NCBI GenBank assembly: GCA_947473325.1
Contig: CANJEJ010000002.1
Coordinates: 29,359 to 93,358, forward strand
Origin: Alphaproteobacteria bacterium
GTDB taxonomy: Bacteria; Pseudomonadota; Alphaproteobacteria; SHVP01
Direction of reading: 5' to 3'
Length of the DNA: 64,000 nucleotides
Shown piece by piece: positions 8,717-18,476 of this stretch. The position numbers and the translations under genes are program-made. Each line of letters opens with the position of its first letter. Position 1 is the stretch's first letter. The notes below the pieces were generated by a model. It made no database searches. It was not told where the DNA came from and saw only the letters and a list, made by a program, of their open reading frames with translations.

Positions 8717-9937
8717 ATGACGATCACGCTCGTGCAGGCGGAACATCCGACGCAACTGGGCGAGGCCGAACTGTGCGAACGCGCCCAGGCCATGGTCCCC
8801 ACGTTGCGTTCGCGCGCGCTGGCAACCGAACGCAACCGCGCCCTGCTCAACGAAACGGTGGACGATCTCTTTGCCGCCGGCCTGCTCCGCTACTTCCAGC
8901 CCAGGCGCTACGGCGGGCTTGAGCTGGACTGGCCCGTCCAGTTCAAGGTGGGTCGCATCCTCGCCCGGGGTTGCTCGGCGACGGCCTGGATCGTCTGTGT
9001 CGTCGGCGCCCATTCGTCCTACATCGCCCGCTACAACAAGGAACTGCAGGACGAGATCTGGGGCCAGGACCAGGACGTGCTCATCGCCACCGGGTCGGTG
9101 CAGAAGAGCGGCAAGGTTGTGCGCGTGCCCGGCGGCTACCGCTTGAACGGCACCTGGGGCTTTGCCAGCGGCGTCGATCATTCCAAGTGGGGGTCTGTAG
9201 CGGGCCGCGTCGAGGGCGAGAATGAGGCCATCAACTTCGTCTTCCCGCGCAAGGACTACAAGATTGCCGACACCTGGTTTGTCGCCGGCATGCGCGGCAC
9301 CGGCACCAAGGACATCGACGTCCAGGACGCCTTCGTACCGGAATATCGCACGCTGAAGCAGGAAGCCTTTGTCGGCCGCAACCCGCCGGGTTCGGCGGTG
9401 TCGAACCACTATATCCAGAAGGTGGAATTCCGGCCTTACACCGGCTCGGCGCTGCTGGGGCCGATCCTGGGCACGGCGGAAGGCGCGTTCGACGACTATC
9501 TCGCCATCACGCGCGGCCGCCGCGCCGCCATTGCGCGCAACACCATTGCCGACAATCCGCTGGTGCAGATTCGCGTCTCGGAAGCGGCGTCGGAAATCAC
9601 TGCTGCCGCGGCGCTGTGCGAACGGCATGTCGCCTTCCTGCACAAGAAGGGCCAGACGCTGGAGCCCTTCACCGAGGAAGAAAAGGTTTCCACCACGCGC
9701 GACCGCGCCTTCGCCACGAAGTTGTGCCTTGATGCCGTGGAGCGCCTGACGCGCATGATGGGTGCGCAGGGCCTGCATGACGACAACCCCGTCCAGCGCG
9801 CCTTCCGCGACCTGCACGCCATGTCGACGCAGATCGGCGTGGCCTGGGACGTCAACATGCCGGCCTATGGCAAATGGATTCTCGAACAGCCGTCGACGCC
9901 GACCGGATCCGGTGGGATCTCGGCCGCGCAGGCTTAG
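8717..9937 (+). CDS. acyl-CoA-dehydrogenase-fold flavin-dependent monooxygenase, oxygenase component (HsaA / HpaH-C2 / DszC-SfnB group)
   Basis: ORF 8669..9937 trimmed to Met 17 after an AGGAAG SD. ACAD-like fold without CoA-binding residues. Similarity to group D two-component monooxygenases. Confidence 0.8.
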   Translation: MTITLVQAEHPTQLGEAELCERAQAMVPTLRSRALATERNRALLNETVDDLFAAGLLRYFQPRRYGGLELDWPVQFKVGRILARGCSATAWIVCVVGAHSSYIARYNKELQDEIWGQDQDVLIATGSVQKSGKVVRVPGGYRLNGTWGFASGVDHSKWGSVAGRVEGENEAINFVFPRKDYKIADTWFVAGMRGTGTKDIDVQDAFVPEYRTLKQEAFVGRNPPGSAVSNHYIQKVEFRPYTGSALLGPILGTAEGAFDDYLAITRGRRAAIARNTIADNPLVQIRVSEAASEITAAAALCERHVAFLHKKGQTLEPFTEEEKVSTTRDRAFATKLCLDAVERLTRMMGAQGLHDDNPVQRAFRDLHAMSTQIGVAWDVNMPAYGKWILEQPSTPTGSGGISAAQA

Positions 9938-10006
9938 GACGTACGGTGTCCAGGACATCAAGCAGGGAGGCGCCGTACAGGAACTTCTAGACGGGGAGGA
10001 CAATCA

Positions 10007-11536
10007 ATGAGTTTGAACACATCGCGTCTGTCTGCCTACGCCGCGGCTGGCCTCGTGCTTGCCGGGGTGGTTGCCGTTTCCGGCACGGCCACCGCCCAGT
10101 CGGCGGCCAACACGCTGCGCATCGCCAACACCGTGGCCGCCCCCAACCGCGGCGAACCCACGGCTGGCCTCTCCAAGCAGTACCTGGCGACCTGGGAGCT
10201 GATGCACGAAGCCCTGACCAGCGTCGGCGGAACGGGCCAGGCCGAACCGCGCCTTGGCGCCTCGTGGCGCAACAAGGACCCGCAGACCTGGGAATTCAAG
10301 CTCGCGCCCAACCTGAAGTTCCATAGCGGCGAGCCCTTCAACGCCGATTCCGTCGTCTTCATGGTCGGCTACCTGAACTCCGACGAGGGCAAGGGCACGC
10401 CGCTCTACGGCAGCCTGCGGCATGTGGTCGGCGCGACCAAGGTCGATGACATGACGGTGGAGATCAAGACTGCGGGGCCGAGTCCGATCCTGCCGTCGGA
10501 AATCGCCGCCCTGCGCTTCATGGACCCCAAGGTGTGGCGCGACCTCGGCAAGCAGGGCTACGGCAACAAGCCGTCGGGCCTCGGCCCCTGGCGTGTCACC
10601 AACTGGGACGAAACCAAGGTGGAGCTGACACGCTTCGACGGTTCCCTGCGCAAGGCCAAGATCGACAACGTGCTCATGTATTTCATGCCCGAGTCGCCAA
10701 CGCGGGTGCAGGCCTTCCAGTCGAACGCAGCCGACATCGCGCTCTACATGTCGTCGGACGCCCGCGGCCTGATCGAAGGGGCAGGCGGCCGTCTGGCGAA
10801 TAACCCGTCGCCCTCGGTGATCGTGTCGATCTTCAACCAGTCCAAGGGCGGCATCACGCTCGACAAGCGCGTGCGCCAGGCCCTCAACTATGCGGTGGAC
10901 AAGAGCTATACCGAGACCCTGCTAGGCGGCAACACGATCGCCGCCAGCCAGCCGGCGACCCGCTCGGTCAACGGCTATCAGGCCGACATCAAGCCCTATG
11001 CCTACGACCCCGCCAAGGCCAAGGCGCTGCTGACCGAGGCCGGCTTCGGCGGCGGCCTCAAGATACTGGCCGAGGTGCTCAACACTGAGGCGGACAACAA
11101 CAACGTCTACCAGCATGTCGTCAACAACCTGCAGAAGGTGGGTATCGACATGGAGTTGCGCATCATGACCACGCCGGACCTCAACGCCCGCATCACCGGC
11201 GGCAAGGTGCCGGAAGGTCCGATGATGCATTTCAACTATGGCTCGGCCCCGTCGATCGACATGATGCGGCCGGTCAATACCTATCACTCGTGCAAGTTCC
11301 CGCGCGGCTGGACCTGCTTCCAGGAAATCGAACCGACGATCGAGGCCGTCAACTCCGAGTTCGACCCGAAGAAGCGGGCCGAAGGCCTGCGCAAGATCTC
11401 GCAGTATTACCACGAGGCCGCGCCGGCACTCTGGCTCTATGACGCGTTCGAGCTCGACGCCATCGCCAAGCGCGTGAAGAACTACAAGAACGAAAACTGG
11501 CGGCTCAACTGGGCTGACATCGAACTCCAGGGCTAG
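10007..11536 (+). CDS. ABC-transporter substrate-binding protein, family 5 (peptide/nickel/opine type), periplasmic
   Basis: 509 aa, N-terminal signal peptide (AVSGTATAQSA), family 5 SBP architecture. No permease or ATPase genes adjacent. Confidence 0.8.
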   Translation: MSLNTSRLSAYAAAGLVLAGVVAVSGTATAQSAANTLRIANTVAAPNRGEPTAGLSKQYLATWELMHEALTSVGGTGQAEPRLGASWRNKDPQTWEFKLAPNLKFHSGEPFNADSVVFMVGYLNSDEGKGTPLYGSLRHVVGATKVDDMTVEIKTAGPSPILPSEIAALRFMDPKVWRDLGKQGYGNKPSGLGPWRVTNWDETKVELTRFDGSLRKAKIDNVLMYFMPESPTRVQAFQSNAADIALYMSSDARGLIEGAGGRLANNPSPSVIVSIFNQSKGGITLDKRVRQALNYAVDKSYTETLLGGNTIAASQPATRSVNGYQADIKPYAYDPAKAKALLTEAGFGGGLKILAEVLNTEADNNNVYQHVVNNLQKVGIDMELRIMTTPDLNARITGGKVPEGPMMHFNYGSAPSIDMMRPVNTYHSCKFPRGWTCFQEIEPTIEAVNSEFDPKKRAEGLRKISQYYHEAAPALWLYDAFELDAIAKRVKNYKNENWRLNWADIELQG

Positions 11537-11593
11537 CGGCGTTCCGGTCGCGCAGGATCGGAGCCTCCCTCCCGCGTCCAAGGCAGACCGCAC

Positions 11594-11626
11594 CGGCGGG
11601 CCCGCAAGGCCCGCCGGTTTCTTTGT
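11594..11626 (+). terminator. rho-independent terminator after the SBP gene
   Basis: CCGGCGGGCC-CGCAA-GGCCCGCCGG stem-loop followed by TTTCTTTG. Confidence 0.6.
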
Positions 11627-11739
11627 GGGAACAAGGCATGCGTTTGGCGTCGAAGGCGCCGTGAGCCGCCGACACAACGTGTTGCGGCGAGCCAGGCATG
11701 GCCTATTGTTGGGGCCTCGCTGGCGAATGGAATTGGTCC

Positions 11740-12363
11740 ATGTTCTACGAACCTGAAAAGGGGCACGGGTTGCCCCATGATCCGATCAATGCGCTTGTCA
11801 TCCCGCGGCCCGTCGGCTGGATCTCGACCGTTGACGTGGATGGCGTAGTCAATCTGGCGCCGTTCGCGCTCTTCAACATCGTCGCCTATGAGCCGCCCCA
11901 TGTGATGTTCGCGCCCACGGGAAACCGAGGCGCGCCCTTCAAGGACAGCTTCAACAATGTCGCGGCAACCGGTGAATTCGTCGTGAACATGGCGACGTGG
12001 GCATTGAAGGACAAGGTCTGGCTCACCTCGACACCGGCGCCTCCCCATGTCGATGAAATGGAACTCGCAGGGCTGACCCCCGTTCCCTCAAGGCTGGTGC
12101 GGCCGCCACGTGTGAAGGAAAGCCCGGTACATCTTGAGTGCCGCCACGTGCAGACCGTTCGTCTGCCGCATACGGATCCCGGTTCGGCCAATCACATTGT
12201 GATCGGCAAGGTGGTGGGGGTTCATATCGACGATGTCGTCCTGAAGAACGGCATGGTGGACTATGCCTTGCTCACGCCGATGGCCCGGCTGGGCTACACC
12301 GATTACACCCGGATCACGGAAGTGTTCACCAAGCCATTTCCCAAGTGGCCGCCCACGGCCTAG
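11740..12363 (+). CDS. NAD(P)H-flavin reductase (HpaC/HsaB/DszD-type, flavin-reductase-like domain)
   Basis: ORF 11698..12363 trimmed to Met 15. Flavin reductase domain motifs (VVNLAPFALFN, SxxPP). Confidence 0.8.
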   Translation: MFYEPEKGHGLPHDPINALVIPRPVGWISTVDVDGVVNLAPFALFNIVAYEPPHVMFAPTGNRGAPFKDSFNNVAATGEFVVNMATWALKDKVWLTSTPAPPHVDEMELAGLTPVPSRLVRPPRVKESPVHLECRHVQTVRLPHTDPGSANHIVIGKVVGVHIDDVVLKNGMVDYALLTPMARLGYTDYTRITEVFTKPFPKWPPTA

Positions 12364-12402
12364 CCGCAAGACCGCCGCCGCGGGTTCCGCCGATCGCCGC
12401 CG

Positions 12403-14730
12403 CTAATTCTTTCCCTTGGCGCTCCGCAGCCGGTGCACGATCGGCGGCGGCTCGAATGCGCGCACCGGCGGCACGACGCCGTCGAAGCGCTCGATGTCGA
12501 CCAGGCAGCTATGCGCGCTCGGGCCCTGCGCCAGCTTCGACGAGCCGCTGTCGCGCGTCAGCACGTTGGGGTTGCCATGGGTGTCGAGCCCGCCGGGCTC
12601 GACCGGGTCATACCAGGCGCCGGTCGGCAGCTGGACGCAGCCCTGCATGACGCCGTCCGAAATCTGCGCACCGGCGAGCGAGGCGCCGCGGTCGTTGAAC
12701 AGGCGCACGATGTCGCCGTCCTTGATGCCCTTCTTTGCGGCGTCAGCGGGGTGGATCAACACCGGCTCGCGGTCCCTGATCTTGTTGCTGCGGGAATAGC
12801 CGCCATTGTCATACTGGCTGTGCAGCCGCGTCTTCGGCTGGTTGGACACGAGGTGGAAGGGGAACTTCTTCGCCAGCGGCGCACCCAGCCATTCCACCGG
12901 TTCCATCCAGGTTGCCTGCGGCGGGCAGTTGTCATAGCCGAAGCCGGCGATCGTCTCGGAATACAGCTCGAGCTTGCCCGACGGCGTCTTCAAGGGATTG
13001 CCCCTGGGGTCTTCCACGAAGGCCTGCATCAGCACTCGCGGCCGTTCCGGCGTCGGGAAGCGCAACTCGCCCGCGGCACGGAAGGTTTCGTAGTCGGGGA
13101 TTTCGGCGTTCTCACTTGCCGCCATCTGGCGCAGCTGGTTGTACATGTAGCGCAGCCAGCCGTCCTCATCGCGATTCTCAGTGTAATCCTCGCGGATGCC
13201 GAAGCGGTCCGACAGTTCGCTGAAGATGTCGAAGTCGCTCTTCGACTGGCCAAAGGGCTCCATCGCCTTGTGCATCGGGAAGAAATAGTCGTCGTTGAAG
13301 GCGGTGCCGATGTCGTTGCGCTCCAGCGGCGTCGTCACCGGCAGGACGATGTCGGCATGGCGCGCATTCGCGTTCCACCACGGCTCGTGCACGACAATGG
13401 TTTCCGGCTCCTGCCAGGCGCGCACCAGGCGGTTCAGGTCCTGGTGGTGGTGGAACGGATTGCCACCGACCCAATAGACCAGGCGCGTGTCGTTGAAGGT
13501 GATCTTCTGGCCGTTGTAGTCGATCACCTGGCCCGGGTTCAGCAGCATGTCGGCGATGCGTGCGACCGGGATGAAGTCCTTGAAGGTGCTGGTGCCGGAG
13601 CCGAACAGCGGCCCGCCGATGTTGCGCGCCGGATTGCCGATGTTGCTGATCGCGCCATAGCCCATGCCGAAGCCGCCGCCCGGCAGGCCGATCTGGCCGA
13701 CGATCGCGGCGAGCGTGGTCAGCGTCCAGAAGGCCATCTCGCCATGGTCCTGGCGCTGCAGCGACCAGCTGGCGGTGACGATGGTGCGGGTTGCTGCTGC
13801 ATCGCGGGCAAGGCGGCGGATGACGTCGGCGGGCAGGCCGGATTTCTCCGCCGCCCATTCCGCGGTCTTCGGCGTCCCGTCCGTCTCGCCCATCAGATAG
13901 GCGCGGACGCGGTCGAAGCCGACGGTGCAGCGGTCAAGGAAGTCCTGGTTGTGCAGGCCCTCCGACACCAGCGTGTGGGCCATGCCCATCATCACGGCGA
14001 CGTCTGAGTTGGGACGCGGGGTCAGCCACTCGGCGTCAAGGAAGTCGGCGGCGTCTTCGCGCACCGGGCCGAGATAGATGAAGCGGGCACCGTTCTCCTT
14101 CGCCTTACGCAACCAGTCCTTGACGATGTGGCGGCCGGCGCCGCCGCCATCCACCTGCGCGTTCTTCAGCGGGATGCCGCCGAACATGATGAAGAGCTTG
14201 GTGTTGTCCGCCAGGACCGGCCAGGAGGTGAAGCCGTTATAGAGCTCGGTCCACGAGCCGGCGACGTGCTGCATCACCACATCGCCCGCCGCCAGGCTGT
14301 AGCTGTTGACCGACTTCACATTGCCGCCCAGCAGGTTCAGGAACTTCCTCAAATGGGGCTGCGCCAGGTGGAACTTGCCTGCACTGGCCCAGCCATAGGA
14401 CCCGGCATAGATCGCGCCGGGGCCGAAGCCGTCGCGCACGCGCCGCACTTCTCCGGCCACGAGATCGAGCGCGCGCTCCCACGACACCGGAACGAAGGGT
14501 TCGGCGCCCCGGCGGTTGTCATGCTTGCGCGGGCCGTTTTCCAGCCAGCCCAGCCGCACCATCGGCTGGGCGATCCGCACCTGATCCTTCAGCGCCTGCG
14601 GCATGCCGGCGCCGATCGACGAGGGATCGGCATCGGCCTTGATGGGTGTCATCTTCACCACGTCGCCGTCGCGCACTTCGGCGTCATAGGCACCCCAATG
14701 GGTGTGCGTGCGCAGGGTCTTGGTGGTCAT
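12403..14730 (-). CDS. molybdopterin (bis-MGD) oxidoreductase, cytoplasmic biotin-sulfoxide/TMAO/DMSO reductase family (BisC-like)
   Basis: 775 aa. No Tat signal and no N-terminal Cys cluster. N-terminal HWGAY...GSYGW motifs very similar to E. coli BisC. Confidence 0.85.
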   Translation of the reverse strand: MTTKTLRTHTHWGAYDAEVRDGDVVKMTPIKADADPSSIGAGMPQALKDQVRIAQPMVRLGWLENGPRKHDNRRGAEPFVPVSWERALDLVAGEVRRVRDGFGPGAIYAGSYGWASAGKFHLAQPHLRKFLNLLGGNVKSVNSYSLAAGDVVMQHVAGSWTELYNGFTSWPVLADNTKLFIMFGGIPLKNAQVDGGGAGRHIVKDWLRKAKENGARFIYLGPVREDAADFLDAEWLTPRPNSDVAVMMGMAHTLVSEGLHNQDFLDRCTVGFDRVRAYLMGETDGTPKTAEWAAEKSGLPADVIRRLARDAAATRTIVTASWSLQRQDHGEMAFWTLTTLAAIVGQIGLPGGGFGMGYGAISNIGNPARNIGGPLFGSGTSTFKDFIPVARIADMLLNPGQVIDYNGQKITFNDTRLVYWVGGNPFHHHQDLNRLVRAWQEPETIVVHEPWWNANARHADIVLPVTTPLERNDIGTAFNDDYFFPMHKAMEPFGQSKSDFDIFSELSDRFGIREDYTENRDEDGWLRYMYNQLRQMAASENAEIPDYETFRAAGELRFPTPERPRVLMQAFVEDPRGNPLKTPSGKLELYSETIAGFGYDNCPPQATWMEPVEWLGAPLAKKFPFHLVSNQPKTRLHSQYDNGGYSRSNKIRDREPVLIHPADAAKKGIKDGDIVRLFNDRGASLAGAQISDGVMQGCVQLPTGAWYDPVEPGGLDTHGNPNVLTRDSGSSKLAQGPSAHSCLVDIERFDGVVPPVRAFEPPPIVHRLRSAKGKN

Positions 14731-14808
14731 GGCGGATATCCCGGGGAGAAGAAGGGCACAATCACAGCTGTATAATGCCCTTCCCAGGTGACCCGGGGGA
14801 AGGGCCGG

Positions 14809-15987
14809 TCAGCGATATGGGCTCGGCAAGTCGATCCCGAAGGCATGCCGGCCGAAGGGGAGCGCATTCTGGTCCCAGGCCATCACGCCATGCGAGGCCA
14901 GCGCGTTCAGGTCGCGGAACTTGAGCTGGATCGGGTTGTCTTCCCTCTGTCCCGTCACGCCCATGGCCATCACCAGCCGGTCCGTCGCGCGCCGGCACAG
15001 CAGCGCGGCATAGGCGACGTTGCGCTTGTAGCGAAGCTGAACATCCTGCGGGATGGGCTCGTCCGCGCGGGCCCGGCGATTCACGTCGGCAAGGTCGGCG
15101 CGCAGCAGCAGGTTGGCGCATTCGATCTCGGCGCCCGATTCCGCCACGCGGAGCTGCAGGTTGGCATGTTCGCCCAGTTGCTTGTCGGACAGGATGCCAA
15201 GCCGGCCGCCGGTCTGGCGCACATAAAGGTCAAGCGCGCTCTCCGCCACGCCGGTGACCGGACCGACGACGGTGAAAGGCCCCACGCCCATCATCGGCAG
15301 GCGATAGATCGGGTTTGTGTTCGCGGTGGTCCCGGGTGCCTTGCCGCTGTTGGCGGCAGGAAAGTCGAGCTCGCGCCAGCCCGGCACGAAGGCATCGCGC
15401 ACGATGACGTCGTTGGTCCCCGTGCCGCGCAGGCCGGTTGAGCGCCAGGTGTCGACGATTTCGAAATCGGCGCGCGGCACCAGCACCGTGGTGCGGCGGG
15501 GCGGCCCGTTGTCCTGCGCGACCAGCGCCAGCAGGATCACCCAGTCGGCCGAATCGATGCCGCTGGCGAAATGCCAGTGGCCCGACAGGCGATAGCCGTT
15601 GCGCTCTGGTACCGCCCGCGCCGACTCATGGGCATAGGCGGAGCAGACGATGGCGTCGGGGTCCTTCGCCCAGATGTCGTCCTGCGCCTCGGCCGGGAAC
15701 AGGCCGCAGACCCAGTGATGGCTGGCGACCACCGTGGCGATCCAGGCCGACGACGCACAGGCGCGGCCAATCTCGCCCGCGACGAAGACCTGAGCGCCAT
15801 AGTCGAGCTCATAGCCGCCATGGCGCTTCGGCTGGTTGACCTTGAACACGCCGGCCTTCTGGAAGTCGCGGATCGTCGCGGCCGGAATGCGGCGGCTCTC
15901 CTGCGTCTCGGCTATGCGTTGGGTAAGCGCGGGCAGCAGCGCGCGGGTGCGGTCGAGGACGGTGTCGAGGGTCGGCAGGGCGGTCAT
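14809..15987 (-). CDS. acyl-CoA-dehydrogenase-fold flavin-dependent monooxygenase, oxygenase component (paralog of 8717..9937)
   Basis: ORF 14809..16752 trimmed to Met 256 (MTALPTLDTVLDRT...). The 255-aa N-terminal extension is Arg-rich shadow sequence overlapping the divergent gene. Confidence 0.8.
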   Translation of the reverse strand: MTALPTLDTVLDRTRALLPALTQRIAETQESRRIPAATIRDFQKAGVFKVNQPKRHGGYELDYGAQVFVAGEIGRACASSAWIATVVASHHWVCGLFPAEAQDDIWAKDPDAIVCSAYAHESARAVPERNGYRLSGHWHFASGIDSADWVILLALVAQDNGPPRRTTVLVPRADFEIVDTWRSTGLRGTGTNDVIVRDAFVPGWRELDFPAANSGKAPGTTANTNPIYRLPMMGVGPFTVVGPVTGVAESALDLYVRQTGGRLGILSDKQLGEHANLQLRVAESGAEIECANLLLRADLADVNRRARADEPIPQDVQLRYKRNVAYAALLCRRATDRLVMAMGVTGQREDNPIQLKFRDLNALASHGVMAWDQNALPFGRHAFGIDLPSPYR

Positions 15988-16047
15988 ATCGCAAGGCTGG
16001 ACAGTTGGGCCTCGTCGCGCAAGGATTTTCCGGCAACGGAGGAACCC

Positions 16048-16866
16048 ATGACCGGACTCGTCAGCGTGCTCGACACTGCCGCCATGCCCTGGGCGCCGGA
16101 ACCGGCGATCCGCGGCATGCTGGTGAAAAAGCTGCATGTCGACGAGGCGACGGGCGGCACCGTGCAGATCCATTTCGCGCCGCCGGATTACGGCATCCAT
16201 GTGATGTTCCGGCGCCCGAACCGGCACTATCACCGCACCGCCTGGGAACGCTCGCTTTGCCTCTATGGCGACTTTCCCCACTGGGAATGGCGCGACGGCG
16301 CCGACCTGGAAGGCGAGATGATCGTTTTCCGGCGAGGCACCTTCATGGACCGTCCGCCACTGACCCTGCATGGGCTGAAGGCCGAACCTCGCAGCACCGT
16401 CGGCGCGCAGTTGCTGGAATGGAGCACCGGCGGCGGCACGGGCCTCGACGACCCCGCTGCGAAGCAGGAAACCTTCGACGTCCCCTTTGACGACAGCGCC
16501 CGTGGCATCAATCTGCCCTTTACCAGCCCGCGCATCTTCCCGGCGGATACTCTCCCCTGGCAGGCGGCGCGGCCCGGCTGGAAATGGAAGCCGCTGGCGG
16601 ATGATGCGCCGCGCGCGCCGGCCTGCGGGTTCCTGCATGTCGCGGCTGACACAGCGGGGGCAGGTGAGATCCTGACAACCCGCGGACCCTTCGCCTGGTT
16701 TTTCGTCTTTGCCGGTGACTTGCGCCTGCAGGTGGACGGCCGCCCGCTTCATTTGCGCGAAGGTGGCTTCGTGCGCTGGGAAGCCCCGGCCGATCTCCGG
16801 CTGGCCCAGGGTTTGCTGTCGGACACGGGCGCGACGCTGCTCTGCGTCGGCACGCAGCTCATCTAG
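16048..16866 (+). CDS. bicupin-domain protein of unknown function (paralog of 33766..34593)
   Basis: Internal Met 160 of ORF 15571..16866, preceded by a GGAGGA SD. Shares DTAAMPW, LEWSTGGGTGL and LLCVG motifs with 33766..34593. Confidence 0.6.
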   Translation: MTGLVSVLDTAAMPWAPEPAIRGMLVKKLHVDEATGGTVQIHFAPPDYGIHVMFRRPNRHYHRTAWERSLCLYGDFPHWEWRDGADLEGEMIVFRRGTFMDRPPLTLHGLKAEPRSTVGAQLLEWSTGGGTGLDDPAAKQETFDVPFDDSARGINLPFTSPRIFPADTLPWQAARPGWKWKPLADDAPRAPACGFLHVAADTAGAGEILTTRGPFAWFFVFAGDLRLQVDGRPLHLREGGFVRWEAPADLRLAQGLLSDTGATLLCVGTQLI

Positions 16867-17494
16867 TCAGCGCGGCATCCGCCATCAGGCGCAGGCCCAG
16901 CAGTGCCATCACGCTGCCGGCGCCGCGGTCGATCCATCGCTTCGCGCGGCCATAGGCGGCGCGCAGATGTGGACGGGAAAAGCCGAGCGCCAGCAGCGTG
17001 TACCAGCCAAGTTCCAACAGGAACAACGCAGCGGGCAGGGCGACGGCGAGTTCCAGCGGCACGGTCGCGGGCAGCAGCGCGACGAAGACGCTGGCATAGA
17101 CCACGGCTGTCTTCGGATTGCTCATCTGGACGGCGAAGGCCAGGGTAAAGGCGCGCAGTGTGGATGCACTGCGCGGCTCGCTCTCCGGCACCGCCACCAT
17201 CGGCTCTTGTGCCCCGCGCCACAGGCGCCAGCCGAGATAGAGAAGATAGGCGCCGCCGCCGATCTTAAAGGCGAGATACGCCCAGGGCGCCTGGGCCAGC
17301 AGTGCCGTCAGGCCCGCCATGGCCAACACGGCGAACAGGAAGCCGCCGAGGCCCATGCCGAGCGCGGCGGCAAGGCCCGCGCGCGCGCCAGCTTCGGCGG
17401 ACAGGCGCGCGACGAACAACACGCTCGGCCCCGGGCTCACCATCCCCACGGCAATGGCGCCCAGGATGCTGAAGAAGGCGAGCGTTGCGTCCAT
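16859..17494 (-). CDS. LysE/RhtB-family amino-acid exporter
   Basis: 211 aa, six predicted TM helices, LysE-type N-terminal motif (SPGPS). Confidence 0.85.
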   Translation of the reverse strand: MDATLAFFSILGAIAVGMVSPGPSVLFVARLSAEAGARAGLAAALGMGLGGFLFAVLAMAGLTALLAQAPWAYLAFKIGGGAYLLYLGWRLWRGAQEPMVAVPESEPRSASTLRAFTLAFAVQMSNPKTAVVYASVFVALLPATVPLELAVALPAALFLLELGWYTLLALGFSRPHLRAAYGRAKRWIDRGAGSVMALLGLRLMADAALTR

Positions 17495-17498
17495 CGCG

Positions 17499-18473
17499 TC
17501 AGGGAATCGTCACCACGACACGGCCGACGGCCCGCCGTTCGCGCAGTTCCAGCATGGCATCCTTGAACTGCGCCAGCGGGTAACGCGCCGAGACATGCGG
17601 CTTCAGTTTGCCGGCAGCAAGCCAGCCCAGCAGCTCCTGCACGCTCGCATCCAGCTTGTCGCGCGCGTGGTCGCGGAAATAGCGCAGGGACGAGCCCATG
17701 GCCGAGCGGTGCTTCACCAGAAGCCGATTGGCGGGGATCTGCGGGATGCCGCCGACAAAGCCGAAGACGAGATAGCGGCCGCCCCAGCCGAGCGACGAGA
17801 GTGCCGGGTCGAACAGGTCGCCGCCAATTGGATCGAAGACCACGTCGGCGCCCTTGCCGGCGGTGATCTCCTGCACCTTGTCCTTCCAGGCGGGATCGCT
17901 GTAGTTCACCAGCGCATCGGCGCCATGGGCTTTGGCGACGGCAAGCTTGTCGTCACTGCTCGCGCCGGCAATGACACGCGCGCCCATTGCCTTGCCGATC
18001 TCGACCGATGTCAGCCCGGTGCCGCCCGAGGCGCCGAGCACCAGCAGTGTCTCGCCCGGTTCCAGCCGCCCCTGCCAGCGGATCGCGACATGCGATGAGA
18101 CGTAGCCGACATAGAAAGAGCCGGCGATGTCGAAGGGCATGCTGTCGGGAATGACATGGGTGTCGAGCGCGGGCGCCAGCGCATGCTCGGCGAAGCCACC
18201 CCAGTCGAGCTTGGCCATCACGCGCTGGCCAGGCTTCACGCGGGTGACGCCGGAACCCACCGCAGCCACCACGCCCGCGCCTTCCAGCCCCGGTGCGAAG
18301 GGGAAGGGGGGCTTCGTCTGGTATTCGCCGCGCGTCATGACGATGTCGGCGAAATTCACCGACGCCGCCTTCATGTCGATCAGCACCTGGCCCGGCCCCG
18401 GGGTGGGCGCGGGCAGATCGCCCAGGGTGAGGCTTTCAACCTCACCCCAGGCGCGTGCGATCGCCGATCGCAC
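17499..18473 (-). CDS. NADPH:quinone oxidoreductase (MDR/zinc-ADH superfamily)
   Basis: 324 aa. GASGGTG nucleotide-binding motif. GTG start per ORF track. Confidence 0.85.
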   Translation of the reverse strand: MRSAIARAWGEVESLTLGDLPAPTPGPGQVLIDMKAASVNFADIVMTRGEYQTKPPFPFAPGLEGAGVVAAVGSGVTRVKPGQRVMAKLDWGGFAEHALAPALDTHVIPDSMPFDIAGSFYVGYVSSHVAIRWQGRLEPGETLLVLGASGGTGLTSVEIGKAMGARVIAGASSDDKLAVAKAHGADALVNYSDPAWKDKVQEITAGKGADVVFDPIGGDLFDPALSSLGWGGRYLVFGFVGGIPQIPANRLLVKHRSAMGSSLRYFRDHARDKLDASVQELLGWLAAGKLKPHVSARYPLAQFKDAMLELRERRAVGRVVVTIP

Positions 18474-18476
18474 GGA

